Source: Octopus sinensis (taxonomy: Eukaryota). From it: a stretch of 64,000 bases of DNA. Under the pieces are notes generated by a model. The model saw only the letters and a list, made by a program, of their open reading frames with translations, was not told the origin of the DNA and made no database searches. The stretch's first letter is position 1. Each line of letters opens with the position of its first letter. A program made the position numbers and the translations under genes. The DNA lies in contig NC_043004.1 in NCBI RefSeq assembly GCF_006345805.1, positions 91,450,001-91,514,000 on the forward strand, given 5' to 3'. Shown here in pieces: positions 42,984 to 56,575 of the stretch.

Positions 42984-43484
42984 AATGATATATGTATAAG
43001 CTAGCAATTTATCGATCGATCGATTCTTCCTTGCCTCCCTCTCTCTATCGCTTTTTCTCTCTTTGTAAGTACGTATATGTTAGTCTATGAATGACAAATC
43101 ATTGTGTGTATATATATATATATATACACACACACACATGCATTCTGTTTGTTTATCGATGTATGTATGTCAGAGAACGGGCCAGTCCGCTCCTATCCGC
43201 GCGCGCCTGCACGTGCTCGTGCGCTACTTAAAAACTGAGGTGTATATGTTTATCTGAATGACATCTCAGTACTGCAGTGACGTCCCAGACACACCCCCTG
43301 CATCAATTACCAATTAAGATAGAAACAATTCGGTTTAGATACTACCTTTACTACACATTACAGACAGTACTACTTGTACAGGTTTTTTTCTTAGTTTTTA
43401 TTAAAGATATATTGGAAGGTGGACACACGAACACACTGGTTATATTCACATGTGAAATTTCATTATAGTTGCATACTCTTTCTT

Positions 43485-43531
<47 letters not shown>

Positions 43532-43539
43532 TATAGGGA

Positions 43540-43738
43540 TGTTATTAATTTACAGCTTTTAATAAAATGTTGTAGTATGAAACAATTGTACTAAATTACC
43601 GGATTCATTCTTGTTGCTTATTTTTTGATTATAATCACCCCGCATATTTTTATGGGTAACACCATACAAAATTCTGGTGCATCTAAATTAAGATCGCCGT
43701 ACCATATTCATTTGAATCTAAATTGTTGCTGATCTTAT
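43540..43738 (+). mobile_element. Family H3 fragment (hammerhead 3' half and tail)
   Basis: gaaacaattgta...cttgttgcttattttttgattataatcacccc aligns to 16277-16432. Confidence 0.75.
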
Positions 43739-44017
43739 ATGTGTGTGTGTGTGTTTATGAAAGAGAGAATGTACCAATTGTTTACATATAAATCATGAAT
43801 TCTTTACTGATTATTATTGAGTGCTCTGCTATTTCGGTTGTGCACATAAAATTAATCTTATACACAAAATTGGCACAAAATTATCGGGGAAAGAGGTGTA
43901 AACGATCAAAAAAATCGATGGGTTCCCCCCCCCCCCGAGTGGAATTTCAACTCAGAACCGTAGAGACGGAGCTGAATGCCGCAAGGTAATCCCACAAAAT
44001 TTTGTCACACACAAACA

Positions 44018-44155
<138 letters not shown>

Positions 44156-45542
44156 CTATATATATATATATTTGAACAGGATAGATGGCTAGATAGGCAG
44201 AGTTTCAAGCTTACCCGATTGTTAAATCCCTCATCTTTTAAACAGCTTCAAACGAAAACCGGCTTGTAAGTAAAAAAAAAAAAACACGAAAAAAAAAGGA
44301 AAAAAAAACTGTAACGACCCTTTTCTGGGTTCACGACTATTACAATTACAAGCCGTTTTTTTCTTCACCTCCTCATTGTGAAGTACTTTGATAAGGCTCC
44401 GTATGAAACATGGTTCGAATTGCCTGTTCTCCTACGTAATCATCCATAATAAATATTTAAACAAGTAAAAAAATACTCCTGGTGTTCTCCAAAAGACAAT
44501 TTGTAGTCGAACCTTTTCCTTTTTTTCCTTTTTCTTCGATTATTAATTAGTTATTCGATTAAAGGTTGACTTAACTGTCTTTTGGTCTTCTTTACATTAT
44601 TTTTTCTCATCTTGGTAATGTTCGGTGGTTTTCCATTTATTCTATTTTGTTGTTATTTAATATATTTTTACCTTGTCATGAAAGGGAAATTGTTTCCAAA
44701 GAATTTCTACAGACAAAACATTATAATTATAGTTATTACTTTTATCTGATTCATCTTGTCATTGTTGTTGTTTATTATCATTTTTTTTTTCAATAATTAT
44801 TGTTTTCCGCCGAGTCGGTTTTTTTTTTACTTTTTCTTCTTTCGTTCATTCAAACTCTTCGTACCGAAGACCGCATCTTTGTTTATCTGCCAATCAATCA
44901 GTATATATATATACATATATACATTGGAAATTTACATACTTTCACTAATATAGGAACACATTTAACTCTACAAAATATACATTTTTCTACGTACCTACGT
45001 ATGTATGTATAAAGATGTGTTTGTATACGAGAGTCAGTTTTTGTACGGTATCAACAGAGCAAGTCCACACAGCAGCATAAGCAAACCAATATATCTGTCG
45101 TTCTATTTACAATATATATATAGATATATATCAATTAAAAAAAGCAGACGAAATACATCGTCGATATAGGAAAGACTTGGCGGCGTCGTGTAAAACGTCT
45201 TTGATCATAAACGATGATTATGGTGATACTATCAATAACAATGATATATGCACGTATAGGTATGTATATCTATCAGTATATACATGTATCGCTATGTAAA
45301 AATAAGTAAAATTAGGACGTTAATTGTATATATATTGGACTACTCGATTATGTGTAATATATATGTGTGTACTAATACACAAATACATGTATGTATCTGT
45401 GTAATTATAGACAGGCTTTTGTGTGTAAGATAAGGGGAGCAATGCTCCTACAGCCATTTAAGATATAGCCGTATTGTTACGTACTAAGCGATTCTGTACT
45501 GTGAAAAGGCCTGGTAGTTTACAAGGTGGAGATGGCGATGAT

Positions 45543-45619
<77 letters not shown>

Positions 45620-46135
45620 CGAGAGAGAGAGAGAGAGATGTGGTGGTGCGCTGATTAACTGTTGAAGTCTGTCAGCGAATTAACAAGGTTATTATCTGCA
45701 AATGTGTGTTTACCTGAATCTCTCTCTCTCTCTTTCTCTCTCTCTATACAAATACGTATTTGTGTATATGTGTGTGTGTATTCGCGTGAGTATGTGTGTG
45801 TGGTTGCGGTAGATAATAGTGAAAGCCAGTGTCTATATATATATATATACGTATGTATGTGTGTGTGTATGTATATATATATATATATATATATTACAAA
45901 CATACACGCATATGCATAAAGTTCTGTGCACACACATATGTATATATGGGAGTTTGTGTAATGTATGTGTTTATATCTATACCCAGACATTTGAATATGT
46001 CTATACCCAGACATTTGAATATGCATTTATATACACATATATATATATACATATGCATTTATATACACATATATACATATGCATTTATATGCATATACAT
46101 AAGTATATATATTTATCTGTATTATATATTGTATA

Positions 46136-46185
<50 letters not shown>

Positions 46186-46188
<3 letters not shown>

Positions 46189-46534
46189 TTTCATTTGTTT
46201 CAGTCATTTGACTGCGACCATGCTGGAGCACCGCCTTTAGTCGAGTAAATCGACACCCCAGTACTCATTCTATCGGTTTCTTTGCCTAATCGCTAAGTTA
46301 CAGGGACGTAAACACACCAGCATTGGTTGTCAAGCAATGTTAGGGGACACATGCACACAAACACACATATACGACAGGCTTCTTTCAGTTTCCATCTACC
46401 AAATCCACTCATAAGGCTTTGGTCAGACTAAGGCTATAGTAGAAGACACTTGCTCAAGGTGCTAAGCAGTGGGACTGAACACGAAACCATGTGGTTGGTA
46501 AGCAAGCTACTTACCACACAGCCACTCCTGCACC
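46186..46534 (-). mobile_element. SINE family A
   Basis: Reverse-strand match. Confidence 0.88.
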
Positions 46535-46564
46535 TATATATACAATACTGTGATGTCATATATG

Positions 46565-46607
<43 letters not shown>

Positions 46608-46842
46608 TGCTTTCATATGTATATTTTTAACGGCATCTTTTTCATACATTCTTGGGTTGAATACCTTTTTGTTGTCAATCCTCACCTGTTTCCAAGCGGA
46701 GTAATATTGTCTATGGTCAGACATATTTTCTGCAGATATATTGGAAATAAACAATACACCTTGTATGACAGAAACACCCATTTACTGCAACTGTCACGAA
46801 GACAATTATACACATACGCACACTCATACACACACACACACG

Positions 46843-47271
46843 CATGTAAAAAGCACCATCCGACCGTGGCCGTTGCCAGCTTCGTCTGGTCCCCGTGCCG
46901 GTGGCACGTAAATAGCACCATCCAATCGTGGCCGTTTGCCAGACTCGTCTGGCACCTGTGCTGGTGGCACGTAAAAAGCATCCACTATACTCATGGAGTG
47001 GTTGGCATTAGGAAGGGTATCCAGCCGTAGAAACATTGCCAGATCAGACTGGGCCTGGTGCAGCCTTCTGGCTTCCCAGACCCCAGTTGAACCGTCCAAC
47101 CCATGCTAGCATGGAAAGCGGACGTTAAACAATGATGATGATGATGATATATATATATGCATGTATGTATAGTCACTGGTGGTGCCCTAACATAGCCACA
47201 CCCTCAACGCTGAAACATATAAAAGAATATATATTGATAGATAAATACACATATATATGCATGTATATTTA

Positions 47272-47325
<54 letters not shown>

Positions 47326-47700
47326 CACACATACATTCATATATATGTCACCTGACTGGCTCCTGTGCTGGTGGCATGTAAAAAGCACCATTTGAGTGTG
47401 GTTGATCCCGGTGCCAGCTGACAGGACCCGTGCCAGTGGAACATAAAAAGCACCATTCGAGTGTGGTTATTGCCAGTTTGACAGTGCTACCTGACTGTTC
47501 CTCATGCTAGTGGCATGTAAAAAGCACCCACTACACTCTCGGAGTGATTGGCATTAGGAAGGGCATCCAGCTGTAGAAAATTTGCCTGATCAGATTTATG
47601 CAGCCTTCCGGCTTACTAGCCCTCAGTCAAATCATCCAACCCATGCCAGCATAGGAAGCGGACGTTAAACAACGATGGTTATGATGATGATGATGATGAT
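46843..47700 (+). mobile_element. Two RTE family 1 3' UTR fragments (46843-47146, 47350-47700)
   Basis: Tandem UTR units and (ATG)n tails. Confidence 0.85.
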
Positions 47701-47725
47701 ATATATATGTACACTTTAGTAAAAA

Positions 47726-47915
47726 AGCTGCAAAGACATCACAAAAACTGTTACTCAGAGTTTCACGTTCCCATTTGACGAACTGTCTGAGGAACAGGAA
47801 CGTGAAACTCTGAGTAACAGTTTTTGTGATGTCTTTGCAGCTAAAGCCCATTACTCTACCTTTGGTATTTGGGTGCTATTTTTTCTACCTTGTTTCACAT
47901 TTATGTGCTTACATT
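47726..47915 (+). mobile_element. Fold-back element (family H6), perfect 46-bp arms
   Basis: 47726-47771 versus 47797-47842; ends in (TA)n. Confidence 0.88.
47781..47822 (+). ncRNA. Type I hammerhead ribozyme motif
   Basis: AACUGU-CUGAGGA-AC(AGGAAC)GU-GAAAC-UCUGA-GUA-ACAGUU: perfect 6-bp stem I, GUA triplet, very short stem II. Confidence 0.78.
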
Positions 47916-47917
47916 GG

Positions 47918-47951
<34 letters not shown>

Positions 47952-48028
47952 TATATATATATATATATATAGTACGTTTATATATTTGTTGTGCAAGATT
48001 TTTTATGTGAAGTCGTGTGTTGAAACAA

Positions 48029-48147
48029 ATATTGTTATATTTCGGAATGGTCATTTTGCCAGTTTAGCCAATAAAGCAAAGTAACACCAAATATATAGTG
48101 CGTGTGTTTTTATTGGCTAAACTGGCAAAATGAGCATTCCAAAATAT

Positions 48148-48155
<8 letters not shown>
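48029..48155. repeat. 47-bp inverted repeat in (TA)n context
   Basis: 48029-48075 versus 48109-48155, about 2 mismatches. Confidence 0.85.
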
Positions 48156-48195
<40 letters not shown>

Positions 48196-48530
48196 TATAT
48201 ATATGTATATACACACACACAGCACACACACACACACAGATATATATATTATATATATATAGATATACATATATACACTCACATATACACTCACACACAC
48301 ACACACATACACATACTTATATGTATGTCATTATTCAGTTATTTTTTCGAGATTTCTTACCAATAGAGAGAGAGCCAGTTTCTAATCTAGATCGAAGGCT
48401 CTTTCACTGGAATTTCAACATCAACTAGGTATTTTTGTATGTATGTATATGTGCAGTATTTGGAGTCAGTGCATGTAGAGATTTGTATGTTTTATTATAT
48501 GTATGTATGTATGTCTGTATGTATATCTGT

Positions 48531-48850
48531 ATCATCATCATCATCATCATCATTTGGCATCCGCTTTCCATGCTGGCATGGGTTGGACGGTGCAACTGGG
48601 GTCTGGGAAGCCAGAAGGCTGCACCAGGCCCAGTTTGATCTGGCAATGTTTCTACGGCTGGATGCCCTTCCTAACGCCAACCACTCCGTGAGTGTAGTGG
48701 GTGCCTTTCACGTGCCACCGGCACAGGTGCCAGATGAGGTTGGCAAACGGCCACGATCGGATGGTGCTTTTTACATGCCACCAGCACAGAGGCCAGGCGA
48801 GGCTGGCAACGGCCACGATCGGTTGGTGCTTTTTACGTGCCACAGCACGG
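48531..48850 (-). mobile_element. RTE family 1 3' UTR fragment
   Basis: (CAT)n tail and three tandem units. Confidence 0.88.
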
Positions 48851-49107
48851 AATATATATATGTATGTATGCATGCATGTGTGCATTTTCATGTGTGTTAA
48901 TGCATATATGTGTGTGCGTGCGTGTGCGTATGTGTGTGTGTGTGTGTGTGAGAGTAACAGGGAGGCAGAAGGGTATAAGACCACCTCACAAGTGTTGATA
49001 TGATAAACTATGCCCAGTAGTCTCTGTAAAGTTGTAGAAGGAACAGAGAAAACACGGTTGAGAGAAGCTCTACTTTTTTGACGTGACAACATGAAACCAT
49101 GCTACAC

Positions 49108-49517
49108 AGGCGCAGGAGTGGCTGTGTGGTAAGTAGCTTGCTTACCAACCACATGGTTCTGGGTTCAGTCCCACTGCGTGGCATCTTGGGCCAGTGTCTT
49201 CTACTATAGCCTTGGGCCGACCAAAGCCTTGTGAGTGGATTTGGTAGACGGAAACTGAAAGAAGCCCATCGTATATATGTATATATATATGTATGTATGT
49301 GTGTATGTTTGTGTGTCTGTGTTTGTCCCCCTGCTTGACAACCGATGCTGGTGTGTTTACGTCCCCGTCACTTAGCAGTTCGGCAAAAGAGACCGATAGA
49401 ATAAGTCCTGGGCTTACAAAGAATAAGTCCCGGGGTCGATTTGCTCGACTAAAGGTGGTGCTCCAGCATGGCCGCAGTCAAATGACTGAAACAAGTAAAA
49501 GAGAGAGTAAAAAGAGT
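49108..49517 (+). mobile_element. SINE family A, full length, low divergence
   Basis: Complete head-to-tail match with CpGs retained. Confidence 0.92.
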
Positions 49518-50582
49518 ATGAAACATAGAAGTGTAGAAGTTTTCCCAAGACAACTTTTCACTAGATTACTGTCTCTCTGGCAACAATATCTGGTTCATGC
49601 CAGCATCAAAATGGCCAACAAAAGGAGGATAATAATGATGATGATGATGATGATAGTATGTATGTGTGCATTGTGTGTGCATATGTGTGTGCATATGTGT
49701 GTGCATATGTGTGTGTGTGTAATCAAGATGATTGGCAATTTACTGTACTCAAGATTTGCCATCTCTCTCAGCACAGATGAGGCCCTCAAAATGCATATCA
49801 TATATGCCTATGACCCTGCACTGTTCCTGACATGTCTCTTTCCCACAATTCATCTTTATAATACCTTTCCATCCATCACTCTCCTGACTACGGCACTATC
49901 CACTCAGCTGCTGTAATTATATGAGTTTGAAACTGAATATATTTCCTCCTCCTCTTTCTTGCACTCCCACTAACCCTGTTTGGAAACACTTGTTTCTTAC
50001 ATTCTCGGTATCATCCCTTACCATTTTATCTTCTATAGAAAATCCCCTTTCACTTTCAGTTTTCCCCTTCACACCTCATTCAGCTGATGGCAGCCCCCAC
50101 TACTTATGTTCATCTCTCACTGTTTCTACCCCTGTGAACTTCTGACTTCATCCTTGGCCTTGTGCATCTCTTGAATGCTGCTCACACTCCCCATCACCAT
50201 GTTGCCAACTATTACCTCTCTGTCCAATGTTATTTCCTCAACCCACTAGCATAGCTAGATTGTGTGCTGCCCAGGGTGCCCTTCAGCCACAACAAAAAGT
50301 ACATATTGCCTGCAGCAAACCCAAAAGTGGTGCCATCCCTATAAAAGTTTTTATAATGAATATATAAACGTATATATATATGTATATATAAGTTCAGCAA
50401 AAATTTAGATTCAAATGAACCTTACAGTAGTCTGGAACAACTGAATCTTAGTCAGTCAGTTGATGGGTTCCACTACCTCAAATGTCCTTAAAATTTAAAT
50501 CCACATCTTTGTCTATATATCTACCTTCTCTTTCATGTTGCCACTTGATATGAAAATTTTTGTATTAATGGAAATCCTCTAT

Positions 50583-50673
50583 AATTGGCTGATGAGTGCT
50601 CAGCATTTTAAAACTGTAGTAATACTTACAACATTTAATAAAATGATGTAGTGTGAAACGATCGTATCAAATT
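50583..50673 (+). ncRNA. Hammerhead motif in a family H3 copy
   Basis: UUGG-CUGAUGA-(59 nt)-GAAAC-GAUC-GUA-UCAA; inverted 3'-end fragment upstream at ~50390-50420. Confidence 0.62.
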
Positions 50674-50777
50674 ACCGGAGCCATTCTTGTTGCTTATTTT
50701 GATTATATGTATATATATATATATTATATATATATATATATATATATTCTTATATATATTCTTATATATATATATAT

Positions 50778-51134
50778 TCTTGAGTTTCAAGTGCGATGCT
50801 AGCCATCAACCATTTTGAATTTGAATGACAGAAGTTGATTGTTATTACCATAAGGTGAGCTACGATTGGTCGAGGAAGGTCGCACCCCTTCCAATTTCCT
50901 TGCTAACAACTTGACCAACTTCTAGTCTATTTCCTGTCCTCCATGTGGTCAATTTCCTGTTCACCATGCAATATTTTCTGACTAACTGTTACCCATATAC
51001 CAACATCAAACCATGACACCATGTGACCTTCCCCAACCAATCACAGCCCACCTTAGGGTAATAACAGTCAACTCCTGTCATTCAAATTCAAAATGGCTGA
51101 CGACTAGTATCACACTTGAAACTCAAGAGTACCA
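50778..51134. repeat. Diverged fold-back element (family H7), ~107-bp arms, hammerhead motif at 51094-51134 (plus)
   Basis: 50778-50884 versus 51022-51128; UGG-CUGACGA-CUAGUAUCACACUU-GAAAC-UCAAGA-GUA-CCA. Confidence 0.75.
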
Positions 51135-51252
51135 ACGAATTTGAATCAAACTGTTTTGATCCATGCATGTAACTCCCAATAAATTGGTCGAGTGGCTTTC
51201 TTTCGTTTGTCCACTCACTCGTATATACATATATATACATATATATATATAT

Positions 51253-51302
<50 letters not shown>

Positions 51303-51814
51303 GCATACATACATACATACATACATAGGTAGATAGATAGATAGATACATATTCATTATATGTATGTATGTATCTTTTAACTTTTATGAGTTTCAGTCAT
51401 TAGGCTGTGGCCATGCTGGGATACCACCCTGAAAAATTTGAGTCAAATGAATCAACTCAATCTTTATAATTTTTAACCTGGATCTAATTCTATCGTTCTC
51501 TTTTGCTGAGCACAAACCAACACCAATTGTTAAAGGCAGTGGGGGATAAATACAAAGACACACACACACACACACACACATAAACACCCACACACTGATA
51601 CTTACAAATATACAATGGGCTTCTTCAGTTTCCGGCTACCAAATTTCTGTCACAAGGCTTTGGTCTGTTACCCAAGGTGCCATGTAGTAGGACTGAACCT
51701 GGAACTATATAGTTTGGAAGCAAATGGCCCACAACACTACCACACACATCTCTCTTCAAATTTATATGCATGTGTGTATGTGTGTGTGCATGTGTGTACG
51801 TGGTGCATGTGTTG

Positions 51815-52227
51815 GACTATGGCTACGCTGGGGTACACCCTTGAAGAATTTTTAGTGTAATGAAACAACCCTGGTACTTGAGCTGGTTAAGGCGGCGAGC
51901 TGGCAGAAATGTTACCACGCCGGGTGAAATGCGTAGCCGTATTTCGTCTGCCGTTACGTTCTGAGTTCAAATTCCGCCTAGGTCGACTTTGCCTTTCATC
52001 CTTTTGGGGTCGATAAATTTAGTACCAGTTACGCACTGGGGTCGATGTAATCGACTTAATACCTATGTCTGTCCTTGTTTGTCCCCTCTATGTTTAGCCC
52101 CTTGTGGGTAATAAAGAAATAGGTACTTATTCTATTGGTGATTTTTGCAAATCTGCTAAGTTATGGGGACATTAACACACCAACACTGGTTGTCAAGTGG
52201 TGGGACAAACACAAACACAATAACACA

Positions 52228-52265
<38 letters not shown>

Positions 52266-52425
52266 CATGACAGGCTTCTTTTAGTATCAGTCTACCAAAT
52301 CCACTCATGGCTTTCATTGGCCTGAAGCTATTGTAGATGATGACACCTGCTCAAGGTGCCACACGGTAGGACTGAATTTGGAATCATGTGGTTAGGAAGC
52401 AAGCTTCTTACCACTCAGCTACACC
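51815..52425. mobile_element. SINE-E (~51889-52121, plus) nested in an older SINE-A (minus)
   Basis: ggtactt repeated at 51873-51879 and 52122-52128; family A sequence continues on both sides. Confidence 0.8.
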
Positions 52426-53619
52426 TGCAGACACATACACACATACACACACACACACATTATAAAGCCAAACTGTAAGTTAAATATGAATGGATTCTCA
52501 TTGTTTTTATAATTTTTGGCATGCAGTGAAAAAGAGTGGGCAGTCTCCTGACAAATTATTTCATGGTTTGATAATTGCTCCACAGAGAAAAGACACATTT
52601 GGTTTCCTTCCTTAATCATTTGCATAGAATATTCAGATCTTACATAAAAGAAACATAAATTAGGCTACCACGTAAGTAGATGGCTTAATTTGTATATTTG
52701 CTCTTTACATGACTCGTCATTAATTGGACAATATTTTATGCACAACTGATCATTTATCAAAAGAATGCAAACAGATTTACACATAAAGCCTAGCAGTCAC
52801 GAAATAAGTATGTAAACATAATTTCTATGCTTTTGATCTGCAGAAAACAGATGCAGCATCTCATGATGGACTGTTTTATGCTTTGTTAACCACTCCTAGG
52901 AGAAGATTTACCTGGTTTCTTTCCCTAATCAATAGCATAGAATATTTATCTGCTATATAAAGTAGTCATAAATTAGACTAGTAAACATGTGGCTGACGAT
53001 TGTGATGGTAGTGTTGATGATATGTATAAAAAGTATATAAGTATATAGACATGTGGAGGCACATAGCCACATTTTCATATTCAAGTGTACAAACCATAAA
53101 GTGAAGCATAACTGTAAAGATAAAGGTATATAAATATATATATATAATGTACATAAGTGTATAAAAACACCCATGTATACATGCAAATATACATACATAC
53201 ATACATACATATATATTTATATGAACATATGATGGAATAATACATGCATAAATGCATACATTTGCATTGAGGAAAACATAAAGGCAACTAGCGTAATGTA
53301 TATGATACGCAAAATAACATGCACAATAGAGCATACATAAAAGAGCATGCATTATAGAGATGCAACAGTAAGAGGAAGATAGGTGACAAGAATATTTGAT
53401 ACAGGTATGGACCATCAGAAGACAATTGTGTAAGTAGGAAAAGGCAGCAGTAATTGAAACAATAAATTATAGATGAACGGCAAAAAGAGTGGAAGAAGTG
53501 AAGATGGAAGGGTGTAGAGATGAGCAAAAACAACTGCTTAGAGAAGTTTCCATGAGGGTTGAGGAATAGAGGGTAAAATTACTATTGTAGGAGTGTTACT
53601 GGTTGGTGAAATCAGAAAG

Positions 53620-53960
53620 ATTGAAGTTGTGTATGTTCTATATGAATGCAGAGTTCTCTTAGTTATTTTGGTTAGTAGATCATCTTTGAGAAAAATGGAT
53701 TTCTAAACAGCTGTTTGCATGCAAGTTGCACAATTTGTGCAACCTGATATAAGATTTTGCTTCATATAAGATTTTCCTTGAGCACTTAAATGTAATAGGT
53801 TTCTTTTTAGATTGTGGAAGTAGTTAGTTAATGGTATATGATTTGATCTACTGGGCTTTCTGAAGGAATAGGTATGAGAGTTGTACCATAGTTTAAAAGG
53901 GTTAGAGGTCATGCTTATGTATACAATAATATAAGAACTACAAAGTCTTCAACTTATAGG
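53620..53960 (-). pseudogene. Decayed PLE GIY-YIG fragment (second PLE type)
   Basis: VYISMTSNPFKLWYNSHTYSFRK..LTNYFHNLK..CTNCATC resembles YIG.T...FK.RY..H..SF..LS.Y...LK..C.LC. Confidence 0.6.
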
Positions 53961-54729
53961 ATCTATAAGACTTACAAACAATTAGGTCTTTTTGATTTCA
54001 TCAACCAGTAACACTTCATAAGAGTAGTTAGGTGTATGAGTACATGTGAATTATATTCCTTCAAATGTTCAATATCTGACTTTTTACAATCTGTTTCACA
54101 TTTCAAAGGCAAATCATCTGAGGCATAGGATAATGTTTACAATATAATCATAGAAATATTATAAGAGAAAAACAAATAAATATAAAAGACAGAAAGAAGA
54201 ATAGATCAGAGGAGGAAAAATATGACAAAATGAGATATTATGCAGTAAGAAGAGTACTGGAAAATCTGTAGAAGGGGAAGATAGCCTGAATTAGTGGGTG
54301 CTGTGAATGAGAATATGTAAAACAAAGGAAGAATGGGGAAAGAGTAAACTAATCAATGTGTGATTTCTATTGCCAATCTATCCGAAACTGTAAAATTAAT
54401 TAAAAATTTGAATATCCAATTCATCTGTAGTGAAGAATCAGAAGAAAGCAAAGGGTTTTCATAATTAAACATAGAAATAACATTGAACATTAATGGAGTT
54501 ATATAAATATTTAGTGATTAATTGTATTGGCAGACATGTGTAGTTTATGCCAGCTGTTACAAGTAGAGGTGATGTATCTAACTCAAAAGTTGCATAAAGC
54601 TATGGGAGCAGAGCCCTGTCAATTTTAAAAATTATAAATGCATATTTGTATAAGAGGATTCATAATTTAAAGTAGACAAAGCTCAACTAGTATTAAATTA
54701 TAAATAAACAAATGAATATTTTGACATTT

Positions 54730-55148
54730 AGGCGTAGGAGTGGCTGTGTGGTAAGTAGCTTGCTAACAAACCACATGGTTCCGGGTTCAGTCCCACTGCG
54801 TGGCATCTTGGGCGAGTGTCTTCTGCTATAGCCCCGGGCCGACCAATGCCTTGTGAGTGGATTTGGTAGACGGAAACTGAAAGAAGCCTGTCGTATATAT
54901 GTATATATATATATATATATGCATGTGTGTGTTTGTGTGTCTGTGTTTATCCCCCTAGCATTGCTTGACAACCGATGCTGGTGTGTTTATGTCCCCGTCA
55001 CTTAGCGGTTTGGCAAAAAGAAACCAATAGAATAAGTACTGGGCTTACAAAGAATAAGTCCCGGGGTCGATTTGCTCGACTAAAGGTGGTGCTCCAGCAT
55101 GGCCGCAGTCGAATGACTCAAACAAGTAAAAGAGAAAAAGAAAGAGAG
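54730..55148 (+). mobile_element. SINE family A, full length
   Basis: Complete match. Confidence 0.92.
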
Positions 55149-55645
55149 TTATTAGTGATAGAACAATTTACAAATCAATGAGAATTGATCCTCAATAACT
55201 TTTGAGAACCAAACACTTTCTTCTATCCATTTTCTGCAATTTGGTAACAAACCCAACGTTATTGTATGTCAAATAATTCAGTGAAATTGCATCACTAGTC
55301 AGGTCACAAAAGTGTGATGAAAAATGTTTGAAGCTTCATAATATATTGTACTCTTAAAAGATAAATGAAATGAAATGGCTATAACAGTATTTGTTTGTCT
55401 TGAAATGGATAAAATGACTCTCTGAATATAAATATTTTATAGGCATTAGGAAGGAGTTCGACTGTAGAAAGCATACTAAATCTGACATTGTAACTTGACA
55501 TAGTCCTCTGACTCATTGGATCCTGGTGAACAACCCATCCCATGCCAGCATGGAAGACAGACATTAAATGATAACAATGGTGATGATGACACACCCACAT
55601 GTGTCGCATCCCACCTTACTCTCACGAGCACATACACAGATATAT

Positions 55646-56046
55646 ACTCTTTTTACTCTTTTACACTTTTACTTGTTTCAGTCATTTGACTGCGGCCATG
55701 CTGGAGCACCGCCTTTAGTCGAGCAAATCGACCCCGGGACTTATTCTTTGTAAGCCCAGTACTTATTCTATCGGTCTCTTTTGCTGAACTGCTAAGTGAC
55801 GGGGACGTAAACACACCAGCATCGGTTGTCAAGCAATGCTAGGGGGACAAACACAGACACCCAAACATACACACACACATACATATATATATATATACAT
55901 ATATACGACGGGCTTCTTTCAGTTTCCGTCTACCAAATCCACTCACAAGGTTTTGGTCGGCCCGAGGCTATAGTAGAAGACACTTGCCCAACATGCCACG
56001 CAGTGGGACTGAACCCGGAACCATGTGGTTGGTAAGCAAGCTACTT
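55646..56046 (-). mobile_element. SINE family A, 5' end clipped at an RTE fragment
   Basis: Match stops at gcaagctactt (56046). Confidence 0.9.
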
Positions 56047-56424
56047 TCCGGCAGAAACCAAGGCTGCGATTTAAGGACTGTGTCAAGTCCTCGTTAAAGG
56101 CCTTTGATATGCAGGACACTGACTGGGAGAACAATGCCTGTCATCGCCACAGATGGAGGAAGCAGGTTAAGGAGGGGATCGACACTTTTGAGAGAGCACG
56201 TATCCAGCATGAAGAACTTAAGCGAGCTGTGCGAAAGCGCACGGCTCATATAGTGAATGGGGAAGGCTTGGTCTGCAATGTTTGCAGTTGTGTATGCTTG
56301 TCAAGAGCAGGGCTCATTAGCCACCAACAGAGCCGCAAATGCAAAATATAAGTTAGTCCTAGAGCGCACAATGTTCCTGAAGGTCGGCAATGGTCTTCCT
56401 CGGTCACGAGTGGACGGCCATCAT
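56047..56424 (+). mobile_element. RTE-clade LINE family 2, 3' fragment with C-terminal C2H-type zinc finger
   Basis: KPRLRFKDCVKSSLK..WE..A.HR..WR..G...FE..R...KR..RK..CNVC..VCLSRAGLISH, open to the stop at 56351. Confidence 0.85.
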
Positions 56425-56526
56425 GTGTATGTATATATATATATATATGTATATATATGTATATATGTATATATACATATATATATATGCATGTAGAAAG
56501 AAGACTCGTATATATGTGTATATTTT

Positions 56527-56575
<49 letters not shown>

